From Candidatus Zixiibacteriota bacterium (GTDB lineage: Bacteria; Zixibacteria; MSB-5A5; UBA10806; 4484-95): DNA of 64,000 bases. Of this stretch, positions 18,492-28,038 are shown in pieces (position 1 is the stretch's first letter; each line of letters begins with the position of its first letter). The DNA lies in contig JBBIRK010000007.1 of the NCBI GenBank assembly GCA_037441845.1, positions 66,575 through 130,574 on the forward strand. The letters are read 5' to 3'. The position numbers and the translations under genes are program-made. Under the pieces are notes generated by a model that was not told the DNA's origin, did not search any database, and saw nothing but the letters and a program-made list of their open reading frames with translations.

Positions 18492-19868
18492 CTATCTATA
18501 CTCGACGATCGATTCGAGATCGTCCCAGAATGAGGGATAAGAGGTGGCCACGCATTCAGCGTCCTTTATCACCGTTTCCCCTTTGGCTACCAGCCCGGCT
18601 ACGGCAAAAGCCATTGCCATACGATGATCGCCGTAGGTTACGATCTCGGCCCCCTCGAGCTCGTTGCCGCCGTCGATCGCCATGCCGTCTTCGAGTTCGC
18701 CGATTCTGGCGCCCATTTTCCGCAGATTCGACACCACCACTTTTATGCGATCGACTTCCTTGTGCCGAAGATCGAAGGCGTCGCGGATCACGGTCGTTCC
18801 CTGCGATTGAGTGGCGATAACCGCCATTATCGGGAGTTCGTCAATTATGGTGGGAATCATTTCGCCCACTATGCGGCGCCCTTTGAGAGGTCCGTATCTG
18901 GCGTTGATACGGCCACGGGGTTCGTTGCTTTTAATCGAATCGATTTCGTATTTAAGATTGGCGCGCATTTTGGTGAGAATTTCGAGAAAACCCCGCCGCG
19001 TGGGATTGAGGCTGACGTCATCGATCGTGATTTCCGATCCTTTAATCAAAGTGGCCGCCGCCACAAACATCGAAGCGGAGGAGATATCGCCGGGGACTTC
19101 GACAGTAGCGCCGGCTGTGGGCAATTGCCCTCCGGGGATTTTGAATAAGTCCCCCCGTGGTTCATCGAGGGCGCCTTTCATTTTCTGTTTCAAGCGGCGT
19201 TCGAATTCGTCGGCGATCTTGGGCGGCGCCGGTTTATATTTTTCTTTGGAAAATTTGATACCGAGATGGTTAATAAGGCGTTCCAAATGGTCGCGGCTGT
19301 TGAATCTCTCGATCAACTCGGTAACCCCTGAGGCGGTGATGCCGGCGATGAATATTGCGCCTTTCACCTGCGACGTCGAGATCGGCATCACATAATGTAT
19401 TGCCTGAAGATTGCCGCCGGTGATCTCTATCGGCAGGCGGAAATTGTCGCTTTCGATCTTCGCTCCCATTTTCTGCAGCGGCTCTATCACCCGGCGCATA
19501 GGTTGAGTCCGTAATTTCGGGGCTCCGTCGAATTTCACGGTGAAAGGAAGCGCTGCGGCCAGGCCGAGCAACAACCTGGCGGTGACGCTCGACCCTTCAA
19601 GATCCACCACCGTTTCCGGTTGTTTCAATTCATGCAGCCCGGGGCTTTTTATCACCAACCGGTTGTTTTCGTCTTGTTCGAAGCTGACCCCGAATTGCGA
19701 CAAGCACTTCAAGGTTGTTTTGAATTCGTAGCCCGGATTGAAATTAACTAATGTGGTCTCGCCCTTGCACATGGCGGCTAAAATCGCCGCTCTATGGCAA
19801 ATAGACTTGTCGCCCGGCATCGTCAGGCGACCTCGGATTTTTGCTGCTTTTCTAACAATCTTGTCCAT
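18492..19868 (-). CDS. aroA: EPSP synthase (class II-like) homologue with divergent PEP site
   Basis: PGDKSICHR, SQVK, RDHLE, PGDISSA, NPTR, IDELP, LRHKEVDR, DHRMAM. Confidence 0.85.
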   Translation of the reverse strand: MDKIVRKAAKIRGRLTMPGDKSICHRAAILAAMCKGETTLVNFNPGYEFKTTLKCLSQFGVSFEQDENNRLVIKSPGLHELKQPETVVDLEGSSVTARLLLGLAAALPFTVKFDGAPKLRTQPMRRVIEPLQKMGAKIESDNFRLPIEITGGNLQAIHYVMPISTSQVKGAIFIAGITASGVTELIERFNSRDHLERLINHLGIKFSKEKYKPAPPKIADEFERRLKQKMKGALDEPRGDLFKIPGGQLPTAGATVEVPGDISSASMFVAAATLIKGSEITIDDVSLNPTRRGFLEILTKMRANLKYEIDSIKSNEPRGRINARYGPLKGRRIVGEMIPTIIDELPIMAVIATQSQGTTVIRDAFDLRHKEVDRIKVVVSNLRKMGARIGELEDGMAIDGGNELEGAEIVTYGDHRMAMAFAVAGLVAKGETVIKDAECVATSYPSFWDDLESIVEYR

Positions 19869-19912
19869 AATATCCGTGTATCAGTGCCAAGTTACATTTT
19901 ATGTCTAATCAA

Positions 19913-21679
19913 TCACATCCGTTCCGGGGTTTCAAGCCCGAGAAGAGTCAGCCCCGATTTCAGAACGGTTTTCAGGCAACTCACGAGAGCGATTCGCGCT
20001 TTCCTCAGTTCCTCGTTCGAGGATAATATCTTATCCTCAGGCGATTTGTATTTCTGAAAATATGCCGAAAACAATCCCGCCAGTTCCAGCAGATATGCCG
20101 AGATTATATATGGCTCATCGTGCAATGCCGCAAGCATAACTTTTTCGGGATATTCAAGCAGCATACGGGCTATGGCATACTCCTCCGGCAATTTCAGGAC
20201 GGAATAGTCGACCTCCTTATCGGGATGCCCGCCATACTTCCGCAAAACGCTGCAGAGCCGGGCGTGGGCATATTGCAAATAGGGGCCGCTTTGGCCGGCG
20301 AAATCGAGCATCTTACCCCATTCGAAAGCGACATCGGTTTCCCGGCGCACGGACAGATCGGTGAATACGACCGCACCGATCCCAACGGCTCGGGCAACCC
20401 TGTCCTTATCCTCGAGCTCTGGATTGCTTTTTTCGATGATCTCCCTCGATTTCTCGATCGTCCGTTCGATTACATCCTCGAGGAAAACAACATTTCCGGC
20501 CCTGGTCGACATCATTTCCCCGGACAGCGTAACCCAACCGAAACTGACGTGGCAGCAGTTTGCCACCCAGTCGTAACCCGCCAGTTCGAGGGTTTTGAAA
20601 AGTTGTTTGAAATGCAGGCTCTGGGCGACCCCGACTACATACAGCATGCCGTCGAAATCGTAAGTTTGCTTCCGGTAAATCGCCGCCGCCAGATCACGTG
20701 TGCCATACAAAGATGAGCCGTCGCTTTTACGAAGTAAAAGCGGCTCCAGACCATACGGATCGAGCGGAACGATAACCGCCCCATGGCTTTTTATAGCAAG
20801 CTGCTTTCGTTCGAGAAGCTCGATGACCGAATCGAGTTTGTCATTGAAAAACGCCTCACCTGTGTAATAATCGAATTCGACTCCGAGAAGCCGGTAGATC
20901 CGCTCGAATTCACGGAGGCTGATTTTCGAAAACCGTTTCCACAGTTCGACGATTTCGGGATCGCCCTGTTCAAGGAGCCGGAACACTTTTCGCCCTTCTT
21001 CCTCGATAGCTTGATCTTTTGCCGCCTCCTCGTGGATTTTGACATAGACCCGGTAAAGCTCTTTAACGGGATCTTCTTCCATTTTTTCCGGATCGGCATA
21101 GCGGCGATAACCCTCCACCAGCATACCGAATTGCGTGCCCCAGTCGCCCAGATGGTTGATTCCGATCACTCTGTAGCCGAGATGGCGATATATCCGTTTC
21201 AAGGAGGCCCCGATTACCGTCGAGCGCAAGTGTCCGATACCCATCGGCTTGGCGATATTCGGCGATGAAAAATCGATTACGATCGTCATTCCCCGGCCGA
21301 TGTTCGACGCGCCGTAATTATCGCCATCGTCGAATATCTTTCGGCAAACCTGTTTTATGATCTCCGCCCGGTTCAAATGGAAGTTTAGATAAGGACCTTT
21401 CGAATCGATTCTTTCCACACCGATGGGTGCGATGGTGCTTGAAGCCAGATTTGCGGCTATCTGGTTCGGCGGCCTTTTTTGTTGTTTCGCCAGATCGTAA
21501 CAAGGCCAGCCGTAGTCGCCCCAATCGGGCTGGGGCGGCTGCTCGAGCGACGAGTAAATTTCCGCGCCGGGCAAAGCCGTCGCCGCCCCTATGGCGTCGC
21601 TTATGGCGGATTTAACGGGATTGGGACGGTATTCCTCGAGAGGCCTCTTGAATTTCAAATCAATAATTCTCCGATACAA
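19913..21679 (-). CDS. argS: Arginine--tRNA ligase (start uncertain)
   Basis: FSSPNIAKPMGIGHLRS, GDWGTQFG, MSTRAG, YLQYAHAR, C-terminal ERM. Confidence 0.97.
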   Translation of the reverse strand: MYRRIIDLKFKRPLEEYRPNPVKSAISDAIGAATALPGAEIYSSLEQPPQPDWGDYGWPCYDLAKQQKRPPNQIAANLASSTIAPIGVERIDSKGPYLNFHLNRAEIIKQVCRKIFDDGDNYGASNIGRGMTIVIDFSSPNIAKPMGIGHLRSTVIGASLKRIYRHLGYRVIGINHLGDWGTQFGMLVEGYRRYADPEKMEEDPVKELYRVYVKIHEEAAKDQAIEEEGRKVFRLLEQGDPEIVELWKRFSKISLREFERIYRLLGVEFDYYTGEAFFNDKLDSVIELLERKQLAIKSHGAVIVPLDPYGLEPLLLRKSDGSSLYGTRDLAAAIYRKQTYDFDGMLYVVGVAQSLHFKQLFKTLELAGYDWVANCCHVSFGWVTLSGEMMSTRAGNVVFLEDVIERTIEKSREIIEKSNPELEDKDRVARAVGIGAVVFTDLSVRRETDVAFEWGKMLDFAGQSGPYLQYAHARLCSVLRKYGGHPDKEVDYSVLKLPEEYAIARMLLEYPEKVMLAALHDEPYIISAYLLELAGLFSAYFQKYKSPEDKILSSNEELRKARIALVSCLKTVLKSGLTLLGLETPERM

Positions 21680-22524
21680 ATCAGGTTGACCGGGCCGATC
21701 TGGATGATCTTTCCGCTTCTAAAATCCCATTCAAGTTTGAGCTTGCCCCCCGGCATTGATGCTGTCGCTCTTCGGGTGAGAAAGTCGCGCATCACACCGA
21801 CCGCCAAACTCGCCGCAGCGCCGCTGCCGCAAGCCATGGTCGGTCCGGAACCGCGTTCATAAATGCGCATACTGAACCGCGATCGATTCTCTATTTTAAC
21901 AAAATGCACGTTCGCTCCCCGGCGAAAGAGCCGATGTTCGGCAAGAGATTTACCGACGCGGATCCAATCGAAATCGAAATTTTTCACGAACACCACCGCA
22001 TGAGGATTGCCGAAACTTACACAATCGGCAATATATCGTTTTGCTCCGACATTCAAGGGTATCGAGAATGCGGCTTTTTTCCCGCCTCGAAGACCGACCG
22101 AAGCGCAGGAAAATTCCGGTTTGCCTAACTCGGTCTCGACGACCGCCGAGCGCCGACGGGAATTTAATACGACGGATCTGAAAATGCCGGCGGGAGGCGC
22201 AATTAGATATCGCTTCTTGCGAGAGCGGCGAATAATATCCAGATAGAGAGCCGCCTGCCTTAAACCGTTGCCGCACATTTCCGCCTCGGAACCGTCACTG
22301 TTGAAAATCCTTAGCGCAACCGGTTCGGAAGCGGAATCGATTACGATCAGGCCGTCGGAACCCACTCCGGTCGCCGTATCCGAAAACCTTCGGGCCAGCT
22401 CGGCCGGTTTGAGCGCGCCTAAATGCTTACGCTCGACAAAAAGGTAACAATTACCCAATCCCTCGAGTTTGGCGAAAGGCAATTTCCGGCTGATGGCCCG
22501 GTTTCTGGCGGGTATGGCGTTCAT
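21655..22524 (-). CDS. dapF: Diaminopimelate epimerase
   Basis: NSDGSEAEMCGNG, GNPH, ERG..TMACGSG; both catalytic Cys present. Confidence 0.93.
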   Translation of the reverse strand: MNAIPARNRAISRKLPFAKLEGLGNCYLFVERKHLGALKPAELARRFSDTATGVGSDGLIVIDSASEPVALRIFNSDGSEAEMCGNGLRQAALYLDIIRRSRKKRYLIAPPAGIFRSVVLNSRRRSAVVETELGKPEFSCASVGLRGGKKAAFSIPLNVGAKRYIADCVSFGNPHAVVFVKNFDFDWIRVGKSLAEHRLFRRGANVHFVKIENRSRFSMRIYERGSGPTMACGSGAAASLAVGVMRDFLTRRATASMPGGKLKLEWDFRSGKIIQIGPVNLICIGELLI

Positions 22525-22537
22525 AGCGACTGATTAC

Positions 22538-23749
22538 TCAGCTTGCCGAATCAATAACTTCCGCAAGTCGCTTGATGCCCACCTCGATATTTTCGGGAAT
22601 AGCATTACAGAAATTAAGTCTAAGTGTTGTATCGTCTTCTTTCTCGCTATAGAAAAACTTGCCCGGAACATAGGCGACGCCGTTCTTGATCGCCTCCGGA
22701 AGCAATTTCGATGAACTTATCTGTCCCGGCATCTTGACCCAGAGAAACAGCCCGCCCTCGGGCTCGGTAAATTGAACCTCACGGCTGAAATACCGTCGCA
22801 TCATTTTGACCATGAAATCGCGCCGTTCGCCGTAGGCCCGGCAGATTTTGGCGATATGCGGATCAAGGTGTCCGGCCGCTGCGAACTCGTGAATGACATA
22901 TTGCGTAAACGTGTTCGTGTGAAGATCCATCGCCTGTTTCATCCGCTCGATTATTTTCTGCATTTCCGGCTGCGAACAAATCCAACCTATGCGCAATCCC
23001 GGCGATATCAATTTGGAAAAAGTGCCGAGCTCGATCACGCACTCCGGCCCCAAAGCTTTCAGCGAGGGAATGGTTTTGCCGGCAAAGCGCAGTTCTCCAT
23101 AAGGATTGTCATCGATAATCGGACAATCATAACGCCGGGCAAGCTCTATCAATTCTTTGCGGCGCTGCAGCGATATGCATCCGCCAGTGGGATTTTGAAA
23201 ATTGGCGACGACATAGATGAATCGAGGTTTATATTCGCGCATTTTCATTTCGACGTCATCGATCACCACACCTTCGGCGTCGGTTTTGACGGAAATGAAC
23301 CTCGGACTGTAGAAAGAAAAGGCCTGCAGGGCGCCGAGGTAAGTCGGCGTTTCGGTCAAGACGACCGCCCCCGGCTCGAGAAATACGCGGCCAATAATAT
23401 CAAGCGCCTGCTGCGCACCGCCGGTTATCTGGATACAATCGGTGGTGACGTTGGCGCCTTGTTTTCGCATACGCTCGGCGATCAGCTCCCGCAAAGGCTG
23501 CACGCCCGTGGTCAGAGAGTATTGCAAAGCCTCGGAACCGTGTTGCTCGATTACATGGACACACGCCTCTTTCAAATTTTCGAGTGGGAAAAGCTCGGGG
23601 GCGGGAAGACCACCGGCAAAATTAACCACGCCCGGTTTCGATGAATCCTTAAGGATTTCCCTGATAATCGAACTTTTCAGCTCGCGCGCATTACGCGAAA
23701 ACTTCCACTTCTCAACCATGCTCTCGACATCTTTTATCGTCTCACCCAT
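22538..23749 (-). CDS. PLP-dependent class I aminotransferase (LysN/ARO8-like)
   Basis: FAGGLPAPELFP, FQNPTG, DDNPY, TFSK..PGLRIG. Confidence 0.92.
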   Translation of the reverse strand: MGETIKDVESMVEKWKFSRNARELKSSIIREILKDSSKPGVVNFAGGLPAPELFPLENLKEACVHVIEQHGSEALQYSLTTGVQPLRELIAERMRKQGANVTTDCIQITGGAQQALDIIGRVFLEPGAVVLTETPTYLGALQAFSFYSPRFISVKTDAEGVVIDDVEMKMREYKPRFIYVVANFQNPTGGCISLQRRKELIELARRYDCPIIDDNPYGELRFAGKTIPSLKALGPECVIELGTFSKLISPGLRIGWICSQPEMQKIIERMKQAMDLHTNTFTQYVIHEFAAAGHLDPHIAKICRAYGERRDFMVKMMRRYFSREVQFTEPEGGLFLWVKMPGQISSSKLLPEAIKNGVAYVPGKFFYSEKEDDTTLRLNFCNAIPENIEVGIKRLAEVIDSAS

Positions 23750-23778
23750 AAGTCACCTGCCTCTATTTTCGTTACGCA

Positions 23779-23807
23779 ATCATAACTAAACCGCTATCCG
23801 ATGGCAA
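23779..23807 (-). promoter_or_regulatory. sigma70-like promoter TTGCCA-N17-TATGAT
   Basis: Motif upstream of the aminotransferase-dapF-argS-aroA run. Confidence 0.6.
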
Positions 23808-23888
23808 GGGAAATCCTCGGCGGCCGATCAGGCAGGAATTCTTGCGGTTTTACGAGTAAGATAGACACTTTCTCCGCAGCCAAATCGC

Positions 23889-23917
23889 TTGCCTGACCTG
23901 TAATATCGAGTTATATT
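23889..23917 (+). promoter_or_regulatory. sigma70-like promoter TTGCCT-N17-TATATT
   Basis: Divergent motif upstream of the M16 genes. Confidence 0.55.
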
Positions 23918-23947
23918 GGTCTCCGCTTAAATGGAGCGTTATCAAAG

Positions 23948-25477
23948 TTGATGAATTCGACCGCTTTCCTGATTTTGATCTGGGTCTTTTTGAGCGGCAG
24001 CTTGCTTCCGGCGGCCGAGCTGCCGCTTGCCGTGCGTGATTTCACTCTCGACAATGGCATGAAATTCATAGTGGTCGAAAGACCAATGGCGCCGGTCGTT
24101 TCTCTGGTAATAGGCTATAAGGTAGGCTCGGTCGATGAAAAGCCGGGAATAACCGGTATGGCCCATCTCTGCGAACATATGATGTTCAAAGGAACACGCA
24201 TCTTCGGCACGATCGACCATGCCAAGGAATTGCCCTACATGCGCCGGATCGATTCGCTTGCGGAAATATACCATGCCGAATTGGCCGAACTCCGCCACCG
24301 GTTCGACGACACCGGCAAACCGAGGCTCGATTCACTTAAAAACGAGATTCACCGAATTCAAATCGAGCAATCTAAATTGATCGTGAAAGACGAATTGTGG
24401 GAAACCTATCTGCGCCACGGCGGAACCAATTTGAACGCATCAACGTCCAATGACGCAACCCGCTACTTCGTCAGTTTACCGGCAAACCGTTTGGAAATAT
24501 GGGCGATGATGGAATCCGACCGCATGACCGGAATGGTAAGCAGAGAATACTATTCCGAACGCGACGTGGTTCATGAAGAAAGGCGCCTGAGCCTGGATAA
24601 CGAACCGTTCGGCCGCCTGGAAGAGCAACTCTATGCGGCTGCCTTCACGGCTGCCGGATACGGCTGGCCGGTGGTCGGCTGGGCCTCGGACCTCGAAACG
24701 ATGACCCGACATGATCTCGAGCAATTCTACAAGAAATACTATTGCCCGGACAACGCGATCTGCGCGATCGTGGGGGACGTCGATTTCGAGGAAGTCATGA
24801 GAATCGCCCGGAAATACTTCGGTCCCATTCCCCCGGCCGGAAAACCGCAGCCGCCGACCACGATGGAACCGGCTCAACAGGGCGAGCGCCGCGTCGAGGT
24901 CCGATTCGATTCGGAGCCGCTATTGGCGATAGGTTATCACACGGTGGCGGCCAACCACCAGGACCAGCCGGTGCTGGATGTCATAGCGGCGATACTGACT
25001 CGAGGGCGCACCAGCAGGTTGCATAAGAGATTGGTGGAAAACGATAAAACGGCGTCATGGGTGCGCGCCGATGCTCCGTTCTCGCGCTATCCCGACCTGT
25101 TCACGATCTGGCTCGGCCCGAAATTCCCTGCCTCGACGGCCGACAACGAGAAAGCGATTTACCAGGAGCTGGAATCACTTAAAACGATTCCGGTCAGCGA
25201 GTTGGAGCTGGAGAGAATCCGCAATCAGCTCGAGGCCGACTTTCTGCGCGATTTGCGATCGAATCTAGGGCTGGCTTTCCGGCTCGTCAATTACGAAATG
25301 TTGACCGGTTCATGGAAAAACATCGCGGCCAATCTCGATAAACGTAAGGGGGTCACAGCCGAGGATATAATGCGGGTGGCCGCCAAATACTTCACGCCGG
25401 AAAATAGAACCGTAGCCAGTATCGTAAAAAAAGCCGAGAGTCAATCGGGTGCCGTCCGAAAGGCAAGCGGGGATTAA
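23948..25477 (+). CDS. M16 (pitrilysin) zinc peptidase, catalytic subunit, secreted
   Basis: Signal peptide; HLCEH (HxxEH), NASTS, EERR. Confidence 0.93.
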   Translation: MMNSTAFLILIWVFLSGSLLPAAELPLAVRDFTLDNGMKFIVVERPMAPVVSLVIGYKVGSVDEKPGITGMAHLCEHMMFKGTRIFGTIDHAKELPYMRRIDSLAEIYHAELAELRHRFDDTGKPRLDSLKNEIHRIQIEQSKLIVKDELWETYLRHGGTNLNASTSNDATRYFVSLPANRLEIWAMMESDRMTGMVSREYYSERDVVHEERRLSLDNEPFGRLEEQLYAAAFTAAGYGWPVVGWASDLETMTRHDLEQFYKKYYCPDNAICAIVGDVDFEEVMRIARKYFGPIPPAGKPQPPTTMEPAQQGERRVEVRFDSEPLLAIGYHTVAANHQDQPVLDVIAAILTRGRTSRLHKRLVENDKTASWVRADAPFSRYPDLFTIWLGPKFPASTADNEKAIYQELESLKTIPVSELELERIRNQLEADFLRDLRSNLGLAFRLVNYEMLTGSWKNIAANLDKRKGVTAEDIMRVAAKYFTPENRTVASIVKKAESQSGAVRKASGD

Positions 25478-25481
25478 GGCC

Positions 25482-26930
25482 GTGAGATTATCGGTATCGA
25501 TAATGATGACGATGTTGTTGGCCGTGGCTCCGGTTCTGTCCGCCCCCAAATCACCCGGCTCGAAAAAACTCGATAAAATAAGACTGAAACAATTGACCTG
25601 GAAGATTCCCCAGATCGGCAACGAGGTTCAGCGGATCATGCTCGACAACGGCATGGTGGTGTTTCTTCTCGAAGACCATGGATTGCCGCTGATCGAGGTC
25701 AACGCCCTGATAAGAACCGGGCAGATTTATGAGCCTCCCTCTAAAATGGGTCTGGTTTCGCTGACCGGCACAATGCTTAGGGGAGGCGGAACCGTTACCA
25801 TGAGTCCGGATTCTTTGAACAGGCTGCTCGAGCACATGGCGATCACTATAGAGACCTCCATAGGGATGGAATCGGGATCGGCTTATATGTCGGCGCTGGC
25901 GAAAGATATGGAAACCGGTCTGGAAATTTTTTCCCAAATCCTACGATGGCCTGCTTTTGACAGCGCAAAACTCGAAATCGAAAAATCACAATTCCGGGAA
26001 TCGATAAGGCGCCGCAACGACAGCCCCCGGGAAATCCTTAACCGCGAATTCGCTCATCTGATCTACGGCGATCACGTTTACGGGGCATATGCACAATGGC
26101 AAGACATAAAAGATATTTCACGGGCTGATTTAATCGAACTTCATCGCAAATATTTCCACCCGAACCGTATTATGCTGGCCGTAGCCGGCGATTTTCGAAC
26201 GCCGGAGATGCTGAATTTGCTCGAAAAATCTTTTGCCGGCTGGCCCGCCTCGACACTCGAATTGCCATCGGTACCCGAGGTCGAATACGAATCGAAGCCG
26301 GGGGTTTTCCTGATCGAAAAAGACTTGTCGCAAGCGTATATCCGAATCGGCAAACTCGGCATCAAGCGTGATAACCCGGATCGCTATGCCATAGCCTTGA
26401 TGAATTACATCTTGGGCGGAGGGAGTTTCACCTCTCGCCTGACCACCCGGGTACGCTCCGACGAGGGGCTTGCCTACTCGGTGGGCAGCAGTTTCGATAT
26501 ATCCAGCCGCGATTACGGGCTGTTCGCCGCGCATTGCCAGACCAAGAACGGAACGACCCATCGAGCGATTTCTCTGATGTTGAAAGAAATCGCCGATATG
26601 GCCCTGGGCTTGGTCAGCGATGAAGAGTTGGAAATGGCCCGCGAGGCCTTCATCAATCAGTTCGTATTCACTTTCGCCGGATCGGGGCAGATCGTCAATC
26701 AATTGATGAGCCTTGAATATAACGATTATCCGCCGGATTATTATGAAAAATATCTGGAGAATATAAGGAGCGTCGAGCTGCCCGATATCAAGCGCGTGGC
26801 CGAAAAATATATCAACCGCGACAGCCTGACCATCATGGTCCTCGGAAAAAGCTCCGATTTCGACAAGGGCCTCGATGATTTCGGCAAGTTAACCAACCTA
26901 CCCTTGCCCGACCCGGGGGTGGATAGATGA
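25482..26930 (+). CDS. M16 family non-catalytic partner subunit
   Basis: Lacks HxxEH; LGGGSFTSRL..RVRSDEGLAY motif; signal peptide. Confidence 0.9.
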   Translation: MRLSVSIMMTMLLAVAPVLSAPKSPGSKKLDKIRLKQLTWKIPQIGNEVQRIMLDNGMVVFLLEDHGLPLIEVNALIRTGQIYEPPSKMGLVSLTGTMLRGGGTVTMSPDSLNRLLEHMAITIETSIGMESGSAYMSALAKDMETGLEIFSQILRWPAFDSAKLEIEKSQFRESIRRRNDSPREILNREFAHLIYGDHVYGAYAQWQDIKDISRADLIELHRKYFHPNRIMLAVAGDFRTPEMLNLLEKSFAGWPASTLELPSVPEVEYESKPGVFLIEKDLSQAYIRIGKLGIKRDNPDRYAIALMNYILGGGSFTSRLTTRVRSDEGLAYSVGSSFDISSRDYGLFAAHCQTKNGTTHRAISLMLKEIADMALGLVSDEELEMAREAFINQFVFTFAGSGQIVNQLMSLEYNDYPPDYYEKYLENIRSVELPDIKRVAEKYINRDSLTIMVLGKSSDFDKGLDDFGKLTNLPLPDPGVDR

Positions 26931-27499
26931 CCAATGACGGCGGCCGCGACGATTCGCATAAATTGGTGATCGGACGGGAATACTCCTTTTGTCCGTGGTG
27001 TGGAGCAAAACTAAACGATGTATTCATCGATGGCAAAAATAGAAAGCGCTGTGCCTCCTGCGATTTCGTTCATTACCGTAACCCGATACCTGCAGCCGGA
27101 GCGATAGTCGAAACGGACGGCAAGATATTACTTGTCAAAAGACGTTATCCGCCTTATGTGGGCGCCTGGTGCCTTCCGGCGGGATTCATGGAGTACGGCG
27201 AAACGCCAGAGAATTGCTGCGTTCGGGAAATCGAAGAGGAAACCGGCCTGAAAGTGATACCGAAAAGATGTTTCAAGGTTTACGCTGGTGATGATGATCC
27301 GAGGACGAGGGCGGTGCTGGTGATTTACTTGGTCGAGATATCCGGTGGTAAGCTTAAGCCGGGAGACGACGCCAGCGAAGCGGTATTTTTCGAGCAAACC
27401 GAAATCCCCGCCAATATCGCCTTCAAGTCGCATCGCGAGGCTTTGAACGATTATTTCGTTTACAAGAAAACCGGAAATTGGCCGCCGCCGACAAGATAG
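26927..27499 (+). CDS. NUDIX hydrolase with N-terminal zinc ribbon
   Basis: CPWC..CASC; Nudix box GFMEYGETPENCCVREIEEETGL. Confidence 0.93.
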   Translation: MTNDGGRDDSHKLVIGREYSFCPWCGAKLNDVFIDGKNRKRCASCDFVHYRNPIPAAGAIVETDGKILLVKRRYPPYVGAWCLPAGFMEYGETPENCCVREIEEETGLKVIPKRCFKVYAGDDDPRTRAVLVIYLVEISGGKLKPGDDASEAVFFEQTEIPANIAFKSHREALNDYFVYKKTGNWPPPTR

Positions 27500-27502
27500 A
27501 TT

Positions 27503-27949
27503 ATGGGAAAAGTGCTGGGAATCGATTACGGAAAAGCCAGGGTCGGACTAGCGATTTCCGATGAAATGCGGATATTGGCTTCGGCCCATTCGGTTCTGGA
27601 AAACAAACAACAGACGCGGCTGCTTGAAATGTTGTGTGAACTGATATATAAAGAAAATATAGAGGAGGTCGTCGTGGGCCTGCCGCTGAATATGAATGGC
27701 AGCCACGGCGATGCCGCCAGAGACACGATGAAATTCGCCGAATCGCTCGAAAAAAAGTGCGGGCGCAAAGTCCATCTGCTCGACGAGCGGCTTTCGACCG
27801 TGGAGGCAGCCAAACAGATTCACGCTTCGGGGAAAAAAACGAATCGGAAGAATCTCGACTTGGTGGCGGCGACTATAATACTTCAGGCTTTTATCGACCG
27901 CCGAAAGTCGGAAAACGATACTGCGGGAACCGAGCCCGGATCAAAGTAG
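27503..27949 (+). CDS. ruvX: RuvX/YqgF nuclease
   Basis: GIDYG..RVGLAISD, VGLP, DERLST. Confidence 0.93.
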   Translation: MGKVLGIDYGKARVGLAISDEMRILASAHSVLENKQQTRLLEMLCELIYKENIEEVVVGLPLNMNGSHGDAARDTMKFAESLEKKCGRKVHLLDERLSTVEAAKQIHASGKKTNRKNLDLVAATIILQAFIDRRKSENDTAGTEPGSK

Positions 27950-28038
27950 ATCTTGATGCCGGTCGAAAACCTCATGACCAATCGAAAGTATAGCGATAAG
28001 GACAATCGTCCTGATCGCTCCGATTGGCAGGGTAACTG

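Noticed and set aside
21225..21260. ArgS HIGH motif reads GIGH
   Set aside because: First-position variation is common in ArgRS; other motifs are intact
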